This document shows positions 63,705 through 64,000 of a stretch of 64,000 nucleotides of DNA, piece after piece. The position numbers and the translations under genes were made by a program. The notes below the pieces were generated by a model. It was not told where the DNA came from. It searched no databases and saw only the letters and a program-made list of their open reading frames with translations. The first letter of the stretch is position 1; each line of letters begins with the position of its first letter. Location: contig CAWAKC010000012.1 in assembly GCA_963782525.1 (NCBI GenBank), positions 1-64,000 of the forward strand. The letters are read 5' to 3'. The DNA is from Candidatus Bathyarchaeota archaeon. Lineage in GTDB: Archaea; Thermoproteota; Bathyarchaeia; Bathyarchaeales; Bathycorpusculaceae.

Positions 63705-63998
63705 ATGCTTAGCCAAAAGGAGATTGAATTTCTGCGCTCTCCCGAGAACTTCTCAATAGACTACTCTTACGTTCTGAAGCACAAAATTAGAAGTAAGGTA
63801 AAAGCTTTGAACGATGAACTTGTGCTTCTTGAGCAGGCAGGTCTTATTGAATTTAGTAAGATTACGGAAATCAGTAAGAATGAACCAAGCTCAAAACAAG
63901 CTTCTTTTAAGAATTGTGTGGTGGGGCTCCCCGGATTTGAACCGGAGTCTATAGAGCCCAAGTCTACAAGCCTAGACCAAGCTAGCCGAGAGCCCCAA
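63705..63998 (+). CDS. putative int(N) fragment of an SSV-type split integrase, reading antisense through tRNA-Pro (open at window end)
   Basis: MLSQKEIEFLRSPENF..VVGLPGFEPES, open frame running into the tRNA. Confidence 0.55.
   Translation, partial: MLSQKEIEFLRSPENFSIDYSYVLKHKIRSKVKALNDELVLLEQAGLIEFSKITEISKNEPSSKQASFKNCVVGLPGFEPESIEPKSTSLDQASREPQ
63919..63996 (-). tRNA. tRNA-Pro(TGG), CCA encoded
   Basis: GGGGCTC/GAGCCCC + A + CCA; loop CTTGGGC; GGTTCAAATCC. Confidence 0.93.
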
Positions 63999-64000
63999 CT

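Noticed and set aside
63767-63961. 64-aa minus-strand ORF
   Set aside because: It starts inside tRNA-Pro on the sense strand; the plus-strand frame is more plausible.

Overview
Archaeal chromosomal window, most consistent with Bathyarchaeia (TACK). This is an inference from gene content: L14e, Cbf5, TopoVI, PolB2, HMf-type histone, aIF5B, EgsA and an expanded family of TM-anchored Ig-like surface proteins. Housekeeping genes (cbf5, rpl14e, egsA, FKBP PPIase, top6A/B, ABCE1, aIF5B, SMS/SufBC, trxB, Lon-like protease, dph6, serA, glyA, DtxR-FeoB) are interleaved with accessory DNA. There are three tRNAs: Thr-TGT with a non-canonical T-loop, intron-containing Ser-GGA, and Pro-TGG. A decayed island at tRNA-Ser carries katG and an IS. 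A decayed SSV-type integrated element sits at tRNA-Pro. The most intriguing signals are missed by the ORF track: (i) an 18-aa H1-tail-like Lys-rich micropeptide divergent from the histone gene, with a 23-aa Glu/Trp acidic micropeptide 2 kb away, both with good SD sites; (ii) a C/D-box guide sRNA; (iii) a ~145-nt structured ncRNA candidate; (iv) dispersed hairpin repeats carrying the IS terminal-repeat core; (v) a dph6-glutaminase couple; (vi) two acyltransferase-3 plus extracytoplasmic hydrolase pairs. All family calls come from motif recognition by eye; no database searches were run.
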